This document shows positions 1-11,770 of a stretch of 64,000 nt of DNA, in pieces. Both the position numbers and the translations under genes were made by a program. Positions within the stretch are counted from its first letter, which is position 1. Each line of letters begins with the position of its first letter. Below the pieces are notes generated by a model, which was not told where the DNA came from, made no database searches, and saw nothing but the letters and a program-made list of their open reading frames with translations. The DNA is from Camelus ferus. Taxonomy: Eukaryota. The stretch covers positions 116,686,001 to 116,750,000 of the forward strand of contig NC_045696.1 of assembly GCF_009834535.1 (NCBI RefSeq), written 5' to 3'.

Positions 1-1797
1 AGATGTTTAGTGTTCGTAAGATTTTCAGAGACATGACCCTCAAACTCTCAAGAACCACTGAAGAGTTTGCATTATTCCTTTTACACTTAAAACCAATATT
101 ATAATTCACAGGAGGACTTACTTTCCTAACAACCGCATCACATTTTTAACCATGGAAGACCACCAGAAGATTGAATTTGACTGAAATCCAGCTTTTCTGG
201 GGTATTTATATACTTGAAAGTGAGGAAAACCTATCTTTCAGAAAGCAGGAATCGCACACATTTTCTAGTCTCTGGTTAGATTCATAACACTAACACGTAT
301 TGTAATATTTTGCCTTCATTGCTATAAGATTATATTTTATAAAGGATTTCCTATGCCTGGATTTTATTATCGTGAATCATGAACTCCAATATAAGCAGCT
401 GAACTCACTGGCTAAATACCATCAGAAAACAAAACAAAACAAAACAAAAGGGCAGTCCAACTTCAATGACGCCAAAACCGAGATTACAGTTTTGGGCAGA
501 CATTTTTCAATATTTAAGTACACACTCCTAATTTGTCCAGTAACTTGATTCAGTCCATTTCCTTGTAAGTACATTCTGAAGCTAATTCTCCCTGGCAGGC
601 CCATCAGGAGGTAGTGCCGCTCAAATCAGGCATTTAAAAATGGCCAGAAGGAGGTTTTTTTTCCTGGTTCAGGCAACCAACTGGTAACACCTGCCTTGAA
701 ATTGCCAGGCCAGAACTATTTCTGCTTTGCTGCTTGCATGGAACTCGAGGGACTAGATCGAATACTTCTGCCCAGGCTTTTCAGCAGATCTAAAACTTTT
801 GGCGACAAAAAGATACCCCTGAGACTCACACTTAAGAAGTGAAACGGTGAATCCGAGAAAGAGTCTCTGAGTTTTAAAATGTTCACTGCAGGTTGTCAAT
901 TTCATAACCTGCCAAGCCTCAATTCTAAAGCACACGGGTGACACCAGTCAGTCTCTGGATCTCAGCACAGCGGACATTCACCCAGGGGGTCTATCTTGAG
1001 TTGATTAGCTCTTCTCTCAGAATTTCAGAAGGCTGATGCTAGATGAGATCCTTGAAGGATATATTAACCATTCATTCCTGTAGGTTGTTGAAGCTTAATG
1101 CCTGTATCAAATTCACCAGGGCTCATCTGGTGAATTATTAGCATTGAATGAAGACATAATGTTTGAAGGACAACTTTGTATTTTAGGCACACCAACAATT
1201 ACATTTTTCAACAAATACTTGAGTAAATGTGTAACATAACATGCTTTTAGGTACATTTTCCCTATTGATTCTATAGAAACACTACAATCAGCAGGATACA
1301 TGATTATTTCTTCACCTGTAAAATGGGGACATTAAAGCCCAGAGGTTAAATGACATTTTAAAGTCGCTTATTTCATGAATGACAGTCTTTGATCTGGAAT
1401 TCGAGCCTTCTAGGTTTGGTGCTGTTTCTATTACAGTGTATTACCATATGGAAAAGGAGACATTAAGAGTTGAGAAAGTTTTGCTAATGTGGTGAGAATG
1501 AGTGAGGAGCACAGATGATACAAAAATTAGCCTCGTGTGAAAGTTGTCTGAAATGGTAATTCAACATCAAATAAGCAAACAGCGCCATCTCTTAAAAAAA
1601 AAAATCAGGAGACTGATTAAGCACAGTAAAATCTCTTCACAGCAAATTATGTGAATGGGACTACAACAAAAAAGGTTTGTATTAAAGGAAAATCTGGAAC
1701 TGGGCAGTATGTTAATAGACATATTGTTGATAAAGAGCTTTCAGAATAAATGGGTATTTTCCTGTGGCTGAAATATCTTTCCTTGGCCATATTCACT

Positions 1798-1828
<31 letters not shown>

Positions 1829-1859
1829 GATGATGGATGCCACATTGGCGAGTCCAGGG

Positions 1860-2229
1860 AGCTTTTTTTTTATTCAGTTATACACACACACATACACACA
1901 CATATATTCTTTCTCAGATTCTTTTTCATTATAGGTTATTACAAGATATTGAACATACTTCCCTGTGCTCTACAGTAGGTCCTTGTTGTTTATCTACTTT
2001 ATATATAGTAGTTAGTATCTGCTAATCCCAAACTCCTAATTTATCCACCCCCTCCCCACTTTCCCCTTGGGTAGCCATAAGTTTGTTTTCTATGTCTCTG
2101 AGTCTCTTTCTGTTTTGTAAATAAATTCATTTGTATCATTTTTAAAAAGATTCCACATTGTCTTTCTCTGTCTGACTTACTTCACTGGAGTATGATCATC
2201 TTTAGGTCCATCCATGTTGCTGCAAATGT
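1860..2229 (-). mobile_element. L1 3' end fragment with an internal deletion
   Basis: Reverse complement of L1 3' sequence (gcagcaacatggatggacctaaagatgatcatac...); homologous to the copies at 10338, 19893 and 42785. Confidence 0.85.
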
Positions 2230-3288
2230 CCACGGCCACATTTGCCACAACTCTGAGGCCATGAACTCTGACTGGGAATCACAAGTTTTGACTGGCTCCA
2301 GGAATGTAAATAGCATTAACATTTCAGAAAACAAAATTACTACATTAGCTTGAACTAAAAAGAGCAAAGAACCCAAGGAAAAAGAGCTTTCTTTAGCTCC
2401 AAAGGGTAATGATCAATTTATGTCAGGGAAGATTTCTGTCACTGTGTCACTGGGGACATACCCCTGCACCTTATTAAAGCTGCACAGGGAATTAATCCCC
2501 ATCAGACAAGGGATCTCTCCCTTTATAAGGACAAAGCCAGCTGTCACAGGAGAGATGACCCCTCCTGGGAGTGGAAACTCTGGTGACACCGAAGTGACAA
2601 CTGCCAGACAACACCGTGAAGTTTCACAGCACTTCTGTTTACTGCTTCCTGCTGGGCTCACTAACAAGATTCATTCTAAAACAGGAAAAGCTTTATTCTT
2701 AACCAAATGCAGAAAACAAAGAATGCAAGGTCTCCACTTCCTAAGGGTGGTGGGGCTCGAGGCTCTTTCACAGCACAGTGAAGAAGATATGCATTTGCTA
2801 AAAAAGGTTCTTGGGGCTACTTTGTGATCCATGCTCCATCCACTTAAGGAGGTGTCTTCAAAACACAACAGAAAAACAGAACTGCAGAGATGGGTCCATA
2901 AAAACAAGCAAAACAATCATTTAGATCAAATGAACCAATGTTTTCCCATTTACCTCAGCAGCTACCTAAATTTTTAAATTTTATAAATAAATTGAATTTT
3001 AAATCTTCTGTCACTCATATTAGAAAACAGAATCTCTCTGAGCAGGAATTACAAAGCCCTTCACAAGCCCCACTTGGCTTTTCCATGGCCCGTTACCCGC
3101 ATTTCCCCTCTGGAACACCATCAGATGTACACGGTGCAAGTCAGCACTCTGCTCTTGTGAAGGCTCTCCCCCACCGACTGGAGCTCTTCCCCTCAGCCCT
3201 CTCTGCCTGGTGAGTTTCTCTCCCTTCAAACATCTAAGCCTTCATTTCCTCTGCAGAGCTTTTTTTCTGACGAGCTCACTGATACTTA

Positions 3289-3783
3289 TGTGATAGGGAA
3301 GAACAGATCTGACTCCATATTACATCTGTTCCTTTATCTCTAACCCTGTGCTGTTTCCTGAGCTCATTCCTTCCTGCTGGTTTTGCACCTTTTGTAAAAG
3401 AATGTTGCCTAGAGCCTGAAATACACAGGAGAGCCCATTCTCAAGGCTCTGACCTTTAAGGGTGTAACACTTTCCCATTCATATAGAGATAAAAAGTTGC
3501 AGAACAGAGAATAATATTTATCTTGTTGGAGGTTTATAGGAACATCATGATCTATGTGGACAGCTGCCAAGAACAAAGGATTCCAACACCAAGAAGTTTG
3601 CAACATCCAACCACACCCCCTCCCCTTCTTAGTATAAAAGAAGCCTAATTCTGACTTGGGTCCCCCATCTTCTTCATCTGCTGGCTTTCTGAATAAAGTC
3701 ATTATTCCTTGCCCCAAAACACCTTGTCTCCCGATTTATTGGCCTGTCGTGTAGCGAGCAGAATGAGTTTGGACTTAGTAACA
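3289..3783 (+). mobile_element. Solo LTR, ERV1-like
   Basis: TG...CA ends, TATAAAA and AATAAA in order, near-perfect 4-bp TSD (ctta/ctca); both ends are homologous to the LTR at 39350-39863. Confidence 0.8.
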
Positions 3784-6700
3784 CTCACGTAGCAGTTTGA
3801 GCATCAAACAGGACTGTCTGCCTTCAACTAGGCTATAAGTTCCATGAGGGTAGAAGTGGTTATCTCAGTATCTCCTGGACTCAGGGCAATGCCCAGAACA
3901 CAACGTGCACTCAGTAAATCTGGAATGAATACATGAATGCAATTCCTGCCGTTTTGAAGAACTTGGCTCTCATATCCACCTTCAATTTTTATTTTATATC
4001 ATCTCATGATTTTATCATAAACATCCTGGCAGAAAGATTCCTACTACAAAATTATACTGGAAAATCTGTAACTGGGGCTCTTCATCCCAAGTAAATATGT
4101 TAGAAGTAGGTACTCTGACTGTTAAAGAGTTTTTGTATGTAAATTTCCTAAATCAAATCCTTGGGTATTTTCCAGTTTTTAAGAGCAGGTGGCATTTCCA
4201 CCATCAAGAATCCCTTTTTTTTTTTTTATTGTGTTTCCTTCATGATGGTAGAAATAGGTCTCTTTTGGCCAAGACTTCTGGTAGACTTCATTTATCTTTC
4301 TGCTTTGTCACTTGTCTCAGCATCAACTTGATTTCCATGGGTAGTTCTAATTCCCTGGGGCAATTCCCCGTTTACTGACTCCCAAGTCTCATGACTACAT
4401 TATGAGTGCCAAGTGACAAATTCAATTAACTTATTCAGAGTTGTTTTATCAGCTGAAATTTAGCAAAGCTTTTTGCATCCCTGGTTGCCACCCTTCATGG
4501 CTATTTTAGATGTGGCCTTCTGATTATTTCTACTTACAAATATAGTAGATAAAGAAAACATAACTTAATACACGTTATTCTTTTACTTCTGTATTAAGTT
4601 ACACTTTATTCATTTTCTCCTCTTCATCCTCCTCCTCCTTTTCATTCTTCGGTGGATAAGAATCCATCAGTCTGGAATTTAAAACTGTTGGCCAAACCAG
4701 TTCATGATTACCATCTGCATAGGCAATTGTTCATATCCAAGACTTCTCTCTCCCTTCCAAAGTCCCAACTGTTGGAAAGAAGAAGTGATGAAAACACCAT
4801 CTGTGCTTCCAAGTAATTCAGTGTTCTATCCAACACTTTGGAGAGCCTTCCCTTCTCTGTTCCCCCAGCACCACACATTTAACCGTACACAGCACTCGGT
4901 GTTCAGCAGGTTTCCAGGCAGTGCTTTCACTCCTTTGAACATCTCCCATCATGAACAGAAACACCTGTGTGACAACAGACTCATCAAATGTCCGTGATAA
5001 TCCACACTCTGATCTTTCCATACTGCTAAGCAGGGAATCAGAAGTACCATTATCTATTTCTGCCATATCCCAGTTTCCTCCGAACTTCTGTGGGCCCAGA
5101 AATAATCATTGTCGCCTATGTTTCCAGAGCGCCTGGGTTTCTCCTCTCATGTTTAGTTGGCTCCATTGATGTGATATTACTTCTCGTCCTCCTGAGTCAT
5201 ATTTCAACAAGGGCTGTGTTGTGATAATTAAATAATATAATGGATGTTAGCGTTTACTCCCCAGAAGACTGGTATGTCAGAGTGTCAGGTGTCTGGATTT
5301 GATCACGGAAGATAGGGACTCAACTAAGCTGAAACTCCTGCATGGTAGGGAATACCATCTCAGGCAACGCTGAGCCCAAAGAAAATAAAAGCCAGTTATT
5401 GATGTAACTCCTCTTCAGCCTCAGCATGGAGGGATAAACCACTCCTATTAACACTTCTACATAATTAAAGTTGGAAGAAACAGTCTCCACGGTTTAGCAG
5501 TGCCTTGCACGCAGCTTTCCAGTAGCAAATTGTAACAGCAATAACCAGAGCTGTTGAAAATTTTTGATTAAGATCTTGTACTTCTAGTCACAGATGGTGT
5601 TGGTGACCTCTCGTCCCAATTACACCTGCACCGGCAGCTTTTACAGTTAATGTGCGTTTTGGTGCAAGCACAGATTTGCTGTCCTAGTGTGTCTTTGGAT
5701 TGTGCCTTTTGGGAACAGGACTGTGAGTTTCATAATGAAGACAAGAACGTGTCTTTGACAATACTTTTCCTTTCACATATGAAATAGCTTCCTTTCGTCT
5801 TATATTATTCATATTTTACATTTCTCAATCTTGGCTATTGGTATGGTATGATTCATGGACTTTTGAGTAAAACTGAAACTTCAGTTGATAGACGGAGAAA
5901 AAAAAGTGATTTCCATTTCTGTGCATTCAGTGAGCAGATGGGGAATGCATCTGTTGATATAATTTTCTTAGCTTGAAGAGGTCTTGACCTGTCACTCAAT
6001 TTTTGCCAAACATGTACACATTTTCCTGCTAGACACAATTTTCCTAAATTCAGGGGTACTAATTACACCCATCCTCTCCCCCTGTCACAAACACATACAT
6101 TTTTCACAAGCTCTGACTCAGGTAATTAAATGGTTTTTCATTTAATCCTTTGTTATGTTGTATATTTATCATGGGATTCAGACAAGTTCAATCAAACTCC
6201 ACAAGCGGGCAAAACAAAAAAGACGATCAGCATAATTTCATCCTTGTGTCTTTTGCTTCACAAAGCATTCAAAAACAAGTGACAGTCTTTTTTATCTGTC
6301 AGCTAAAATAATAATCATACTTGGCACTTGCATAAATTTCAGCCAAATGAAGATCTTAGTCCCATTAATGAATGAAAGTTGTAAATCTGTGTTTACAGCT
6401 GGAGAGACTAGAACATTGGGAGGTGAAGTGGCTTATCTGACGTCACACAGGAACTGTACCAAGGGCTTTGCATTTGCAGGTGCAACGGATGCCTCTTAAA
6501 TTATAATAAGAGAAGAATACAAATCTAGCATTGTCAATCCAAAATGACCAATTAGAGTCTTGAAAGTGGTAACTCCAATGAATTTCACTGAATTTCTGCA
6601 AGCTCAGGCCTTTGGACACAACTTTATTACTTTACTGTCCGATGGTAATCCATTATTTATCAACCTTCTGATTGCTTTCCTTATCTAGTTGGTACCCGAC

Positions 6701-6795
6701 TGTAGCTACAGTTAGCATCTGGCTAAGGGGACCTCACTGCCATCATCGAACACCAAACAAAAGTCAGTCTTCTCTCAGAATACCAGTGTATAGGG

Positions 6796-6950
6796 CAGTG
6801 CCTGTCAAGCTCTGATGTATACAGGAATCACCCGGGTATCTTGTCACCATGCATTTTCAGATGCAGAGGGTGTGGGGCGGGGCCTGGGATTCTGCATTTC
6901 TAACAAGCTCCAGGTTAAGGCCAGTACTGCTGGCTCCTGCTCTCAGGGTC
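6796..6950. mobile_element. MER5A-like hAT-Charlie relic
   Basis: gaatcacccggg...ggggcggggcctgggattctgcatttctaacaagctcc signature. Confidence 0.75.
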
Positions 6951-7130
6951 AGATCAATAGTTCCTATTCTTACAGATCATGTCCTTCTGGTTAACTTCTC
7001 ATGTACTGATCTTTCAGTAAGAGTTGAAAATTAAGTCTAACCTGATTTTTTTCAATTCCTTTGGCAAGCTTATAGTTGGAATTTTGCATTTATTTAACCT
7101 TTCCTTCCTTACTTCCTCCCACCCTTTCTT

Positions 7131-7208
7131 ATGGAGGTATTGGGGCTTGAACCTAGGACCTCGTGCACGCTAAGTATGCACTCTACCACTGAGCCATACC
7201 CTCCCCCC
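7131..7208 (-). mobile_element. tRNA-derived SINE, Vic-1-like (camelid)
   Basis: Reverse complement of ggggagggtatggctcagtggtagagtgcatacttagcgtgcacgaggtcctaggttcaagccccaatacctcca, with Pol III A and B boxes. Confidence 0.85.
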
Positions 7209-7209
7209 T

Positions 7210-8100
7210 CTTGTTTACCTTTCTTTCAACACTATTTTGTATTTTCTGTATGCAAGTCTTGTATCTCCTAGGTCAACTTTATCCCCAGGTGTTCTGCTCT
7301 GTTCTGTTCTACTCACGCTATTGTAAGCGGGATATTTTCCTAATTTCTCTTTCTGGTAGTTCATTGTTAGTACGTAGAAATACAATGGACTTTTGTTTAT
7401 TGATTTTGTATCCTGAAACTTTACTGAATTCATTGATTAGTTCTAACAGTTTTGTGGTGGCGTCTTGAGAGTTTAGGGTCTCTGTTCTTAGTGGCTCCTT
7501 GGAGTTGAGGGTGTGCCAAGATCTGTCAGTGTCTCGAGACAGAGGATCAAGCGAGCACCCAGATGCAGACTGACTAGAAGCTGGACACTCAGGCAGCAGC
7601 TGGGAAAGTATGTAGTCTAATGCCTTTCAGGGAGCAACTGGGAGATGAGCATTGTTTTGCTGAGCCCGGGGATACAACCATGGGGGTGTTCCTTGCCCTT
7701 TACAAACTGCTTCTATTCTGCCTGTAGTCCCATGGGGCAGAAGCCTCATTGGCTTACAGAGCTAGGTGTTCTGGTGCCCATCCCTTGGGTAGGAGCCTAA
7801 AGAGTTGGGGCCACGAGATGTGCAGGCTCAGGGAGAAGCTGGGAGTTGAAGGGTCCCTCCCGATTGTATGGTGCTGTGCCAAGGATGGGGTTTACAGCAA
7901 AAGTGTGCCTCAGCGTGTCCCACCGGTCTCCACGTGGACATTGTTTCGTTCACCTGATGTGCAGGAGTCGCCCAGCCAGTTTCCGCATTTCTCTCAGAGG
8001 GAATTAGTCTGTGCGTGGCCACACCTGCAGCACGCCCATCAGAGGAGGGCAATCCAGGTGCTTCCTGTGATGCCTTCCAGGAGCATTTGTTATCTATTGT
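7210..8100 (-). mobile_element. L1 fragment: ORF2 piece (7210-7470) joined to a GC-richer segment, probably L1 5' region
   Basis: 7215-7433 translates to degenerate ORF2-like sequence (ctgttagaactaatcaatgaattcagtaaagtttcaggatacaaaatcaat). The assignment of 7470-8100 is tentative. Confidence 0.6.
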
Positions 8101-8618
8101 ATGCGTTTTCACCCATTGTACTTCTGATCATTGTATTTCTTACCGAAGCTCAAATTACCCCATCTTTGGCCACTGGGAGACTCTTCATGCTGGCTCCTGA
8201 GTTCTTTCAACATCATACTAATAGTTTTTGGTAGCTTTCTTGCTCTGTTCTGAACACTAAGGTGTTCCAGACTCATCATGTACAGTTCATGCCCCAGAAG
8301 CGGAAACAGCCATTTATGCCAGAAACCTGGGTTTCTTTTCGTGGGAAATTGTATTTCAAAACCATGATCGAGGCAGAGAAATATTCATTGTTACTGGGCT
8401 GGCCGTTGTTTTTATTCCTTCTCTGTTGAAAGAGCTTGGAGATGCATGAATATATATGATACTACAGCAGTTCACAAGTATTTCTTATGCCATTTCAGGA
8501 CTACAGAGTTTTTACTTAACATTTCTATATTACATTTGTATGCCCTTTATTCTACACTGTGAATTCTGGTCACTGAGGTACAGAGGATGACAGAATCATG
8601 CATGATATGCCACAATTA

Positions 8619-8940
8619 CAGGCGTACATCACTTCACTGCGTTGCTTTACTGTGCTTCACAGATACTGTGTTTTTATAAACTGAAGCTTTGTGGCAATCC
8701 TGCATTGTCCGATGATGGTTAGCATTTTTTTTTAGCAATCAAGTATTTTTTTAAATGAAGGCATGCACATAGTTTTTTTAGAGACAAGGTTATTGCACAA
8801 CTTAATAGACTATAGTGTAGTGGAAACATAACTTTTATAGGGACTGGGAGACTGAAAAATGTGTGTGACTCACTTTATTGTGGTATTTGTTTCACTGCAG
8901 TGGTCTGGAACTGAACTGCAACATCTGTAAGGAGTGCTTG
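8619..8940 (+). mobile_element. Internally deleted Tigger1-derived element (MITE)
   Basis: ta|caggcgtac...gcttcacagatactg 5' end and gtggtctggaactgaactgcaacatct...tgcttg 3' end; decayed terminal inverted repeats and TA site. Confidence 0.8.
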
Positions 8941-9399
8941 CACTCATCTGCTTCCCCCTACCGCTACCCCAGCCCATTACACACACAACACTCTCAGCAT
9001 TTCAATACTGGTGCTACCATTACAAATTATGACTGTTGAAAACAGTTAAAAATTTTTTTTTGGCATATTCTATTCTCATTCTCTCCTCATTCCTTTTTTT
9101 ATGATTCTGCTATAAGTACATTGTCAGGGCATCTGACCCTTGACAATTTATACTCTGTCCTCTTTAACTTTCATTTAGATTTGGGGCTATAAATAAGTAT
9201 GTATTTAATGCTGATGAACTTGTCCTATGACAATGTCTTTCAAGTCCTCTTGGAAGGATATAGAATTTTAAATTTCTTTAAAGCACAACATCTGAAACAT
9301 GGGAACATGTTATTATTTGCCTACTATGAATGTGGGTTATTTGGATATTTGTTATATAAATATATATGTCTAAAGTAGCTCATGGTTAAAAAGGAAGAA

Positions 9400-9510
9400 A
9401 ACATGTAAATGAATATATGTATATATATGCATGATTGGGACATTGTGCTGTACACCAGAGATTGACACATTGTAACTGACTGTACTTCAGTTAAAATAAA
9501 TAATTTTTTT
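9400..9510 (+). mobile_element. Extremely 5'-truncated L1 3' tail
   Basis: gcatgattgggacattgtgctgtacaccagagattgacacattgtaactgac, homologous to 10770-10825; flanked by aaaggaagaa repeats. Confidence 0.8.
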
Positions 9511-9526
9511 TAAAGGAAGAACACCA

Positions 9527-9663
9527 GGGAGGGTATAGCTCAGTGGTACACTGTATGCTTAGCATGCACAAGGTCCTAGGTTCAATCCCCAGTACCTCCA
9601 TTAAAAAACAAATGAATAAATAAATAAACCTAATTACCTCACCCCCCAAAATCTTTTCTTAAA
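9527..9663 (+). mobile_element. Vic-1-like SINE, long form with aattacctc tail
   Basis: gggagggtatagctcagtggt...ggttcaatccccagtacctcca, A-rich linker; TSD aaaggaagaaca at 9512-9523 and 9664-9675. Confidence 0.9.
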
Positions 9664-10187
9664 AAAGGAAGAACAAAATACTCGATTTGCACACTAGAAT
9701 CTCATATTTATAAAAAACAGTATCTATATAAGTTTAATTTAAAAAAATGAAGTATTTTACATGAAAAAACCTAGTTTTCATCATTTCTTCATCTTTGACT
9801 ATTATAAGTTTCAATGACCCATTTTTAATTACTGCCAATCAATATTCCAAAAAACCCACCGAGAGGGTAGGTTCTTACTGAACAAATGCACAGACTGTCC
9901 CTTCACTATCAGAGCAACCAAGCAATGAACATCACATTGATAAAGACTGTGAGAGAGACTGACCAGGAAAGGTCTAGCAGAACCCCTCATGGAAGCAGGG
10001 TGCCTAACGTGTGTTTCAGGGCTCCAGAAAGAGTCTTCTTTTAATCATTGGTGGACACCTTCCCCAATCAAGCTTTTTGGATAATGAAGTTTTAACAGAA
10101 AAAACATACTCCCCTAATAAACTCTATTAATAACTGCCATTTGAACAGAAACTACTGCATCTCCTAGGTTGGGGAGGTTCAGGTTAG

Positions 10188-10265
10188 AAAGTGAGCTTGC
10201 AGATTAAAAAAAAAAAATAAAGTGAGCTTGCAGATAAAAAAAAAAAAATAAAGTGAGCTTGCAGA
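10188..10265. repeat. 31-bp period tandem repeat: three copies of aaagtgagcttgcaga separated by A tracts
   Basis: Copies at 10188-10203, 10219-10234 and 10250-10265. Confidence 0.95.
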
Positions 10266-10337
10266 CCATCAGCTGAGGTCAGCACAGGGCTGCAGGAACC
10301 GTATCTTGTACTAGTGATCTGATTTGATTTAAAAACA

Positions 10338-10841
10338 AGCTGTGGTATATTTATACAATGGAATACTACTCAGCCATAAAAAAGAATAAAATAATGCCCT
10401 CTGCAGCAATATGGATGGACATGGAGATTGTCACACTAAGTGAAGTAAGCCAGAAAGAGAAAGAGAAAGAAAAATGCCATATGATATCACTTATATGTGG
10501 AATCTAAAAAAAGAAAAAAAGAGGACACTAATGAACTCATCTACAAAACAGAAACAGACTCGCAGACATAGTAAATAATCTTATGGTTACCAGGGAAAAG
10601 GGGGTGGGAAGGGACAAATTTGGGAGTTTGAGATTTGCAAATGTTAGCCACTATATATAAAAATAGATTAAAAAATCAAATTTCTTCTGTACAGCACAGA
10701 AGAACTACATTCAATATCTTGTAATAACCTTTAATGAAAAAGAATATGAAAACGAAAATGTATGTATCCGCATGACTGGGACATCATGCTGTACACCAGA
10801 AACTGACACACTATAACTGACTATTTTAATGAAATAAAAAA
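10338..10841 (+). mobile_element. L1 3' end fragment
   Basis: tacaatggaatactactcagccataaaaaagaat...ctaagtgaagtaagccaga, followed by 3'UTR and A-rich tail. Confidence 0.9.
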
Positions 10842-11429
10842 GTAAACTACCAGGGGATTCCCTACCCTCCCGTCTCTCCTTAACACTCTTTATTTGCTTT
10901 AAAAATGCACTCCTTTTAAGATTTGAAAATACAAACATGGAAAAGTCATCCACAGGAAAACATATACTGGAAATACATAATTTCCCCTTGAATGAACATA
11001 TAGTATATTTTATCAGACTTTTCAGAAAAGCCCTTTATAAAATTATCCTATCCTGAAATTATCTGTCCACGATTTAATCAAGTCTTAAATTTAAGTGTAC
11101 ATATGGCCAATTTATGGAATCCAAGGCTCAAGTCTTGATGTGGGGTTCTGACGTTTCAGAGAGGAAGTCTCTTCAATGCAGACGAAGGATGGTCTACTTG
11201 GAAAGCTAACCCTATAGACTGGGACTGGGGTCTTGTGTCCAGGCCTTTCTGTGCCACTTGCTGCCTGTGTGATTATCTCTGGACCTCAGTTTCCTCATCG
11301 GCAATAGGAACATCTCCCATGTCAGGATTTATCATGTCTTTTCAGACTCAAAACTGAAATCCCAATTTTCTCCTCTATTCAGTGTTCTACTGTCTATCAT
11401 TAAAATGGACATAATGCATAATCCAAACA

Positions 11430-11770
11430 TCTTTTATTCATTCATCAACCATGAATATGTGTCTACTGCATACCAACTGACAGCAAAGGAAAGAGCAGAT
11501 GAAGATTCTTGTCGTCCTAGAACTGACTTTCTAATGGTGGGACAGAGACAGTGAAAATGTAGATAAATAAACTATGCAGAATAATAGAGGTTTGATAGGG
11601 TTAGGAGGGAAAACAAATTTGGGGAGAGGGGGCTGCTATTTTAAAATGGTTGGTCAAGGAAGAGTTCCTTGAGAAGTTGACAGCTGAGCACAGACTTGAA
11701 GGAGGGAAGAGAATGGTCCACAGATGTCTCGGAAAAGAGCTTTCTGAACAGAAAGAAGGAATACAAGACC
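11430..11770. mobile_element. L2 fragment
   Basis: ttcattcatcaa tail and ggtcaaggaagagttccttgagaagttgacagctgagcacagacttgaagga L2 signature. Confidence 0.65.

Noticed and set aside
961..981. REST/RE1-like motif ctcagcacagcggacattcac
   Set aside because: Mismatches at conserved positions in both half-sites (CAGCACC and GGACAG); too weak without ChIP data.
4704..5169. Three overlapping ORFs suggesting a pseudogene or nested gene
   Set aside because: No recognisable protein, splice structure, poly(A) tail or TSD; may be an ancient repeat I cannot name.
9527..9600. tRNA gene (and the other five tRNA-like heads)
   Set aside because: Dispersed diverged copies with TSDs and A-rich tails are SINEs, not tRNAs.
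10188..10265. CRISPR-like repeat-spacer appearance
   Set aside because: The spacers are near-identical poly(A) tracts, the repeats are only 16 bp, the context is a mammalian intron and no cas genes are present.
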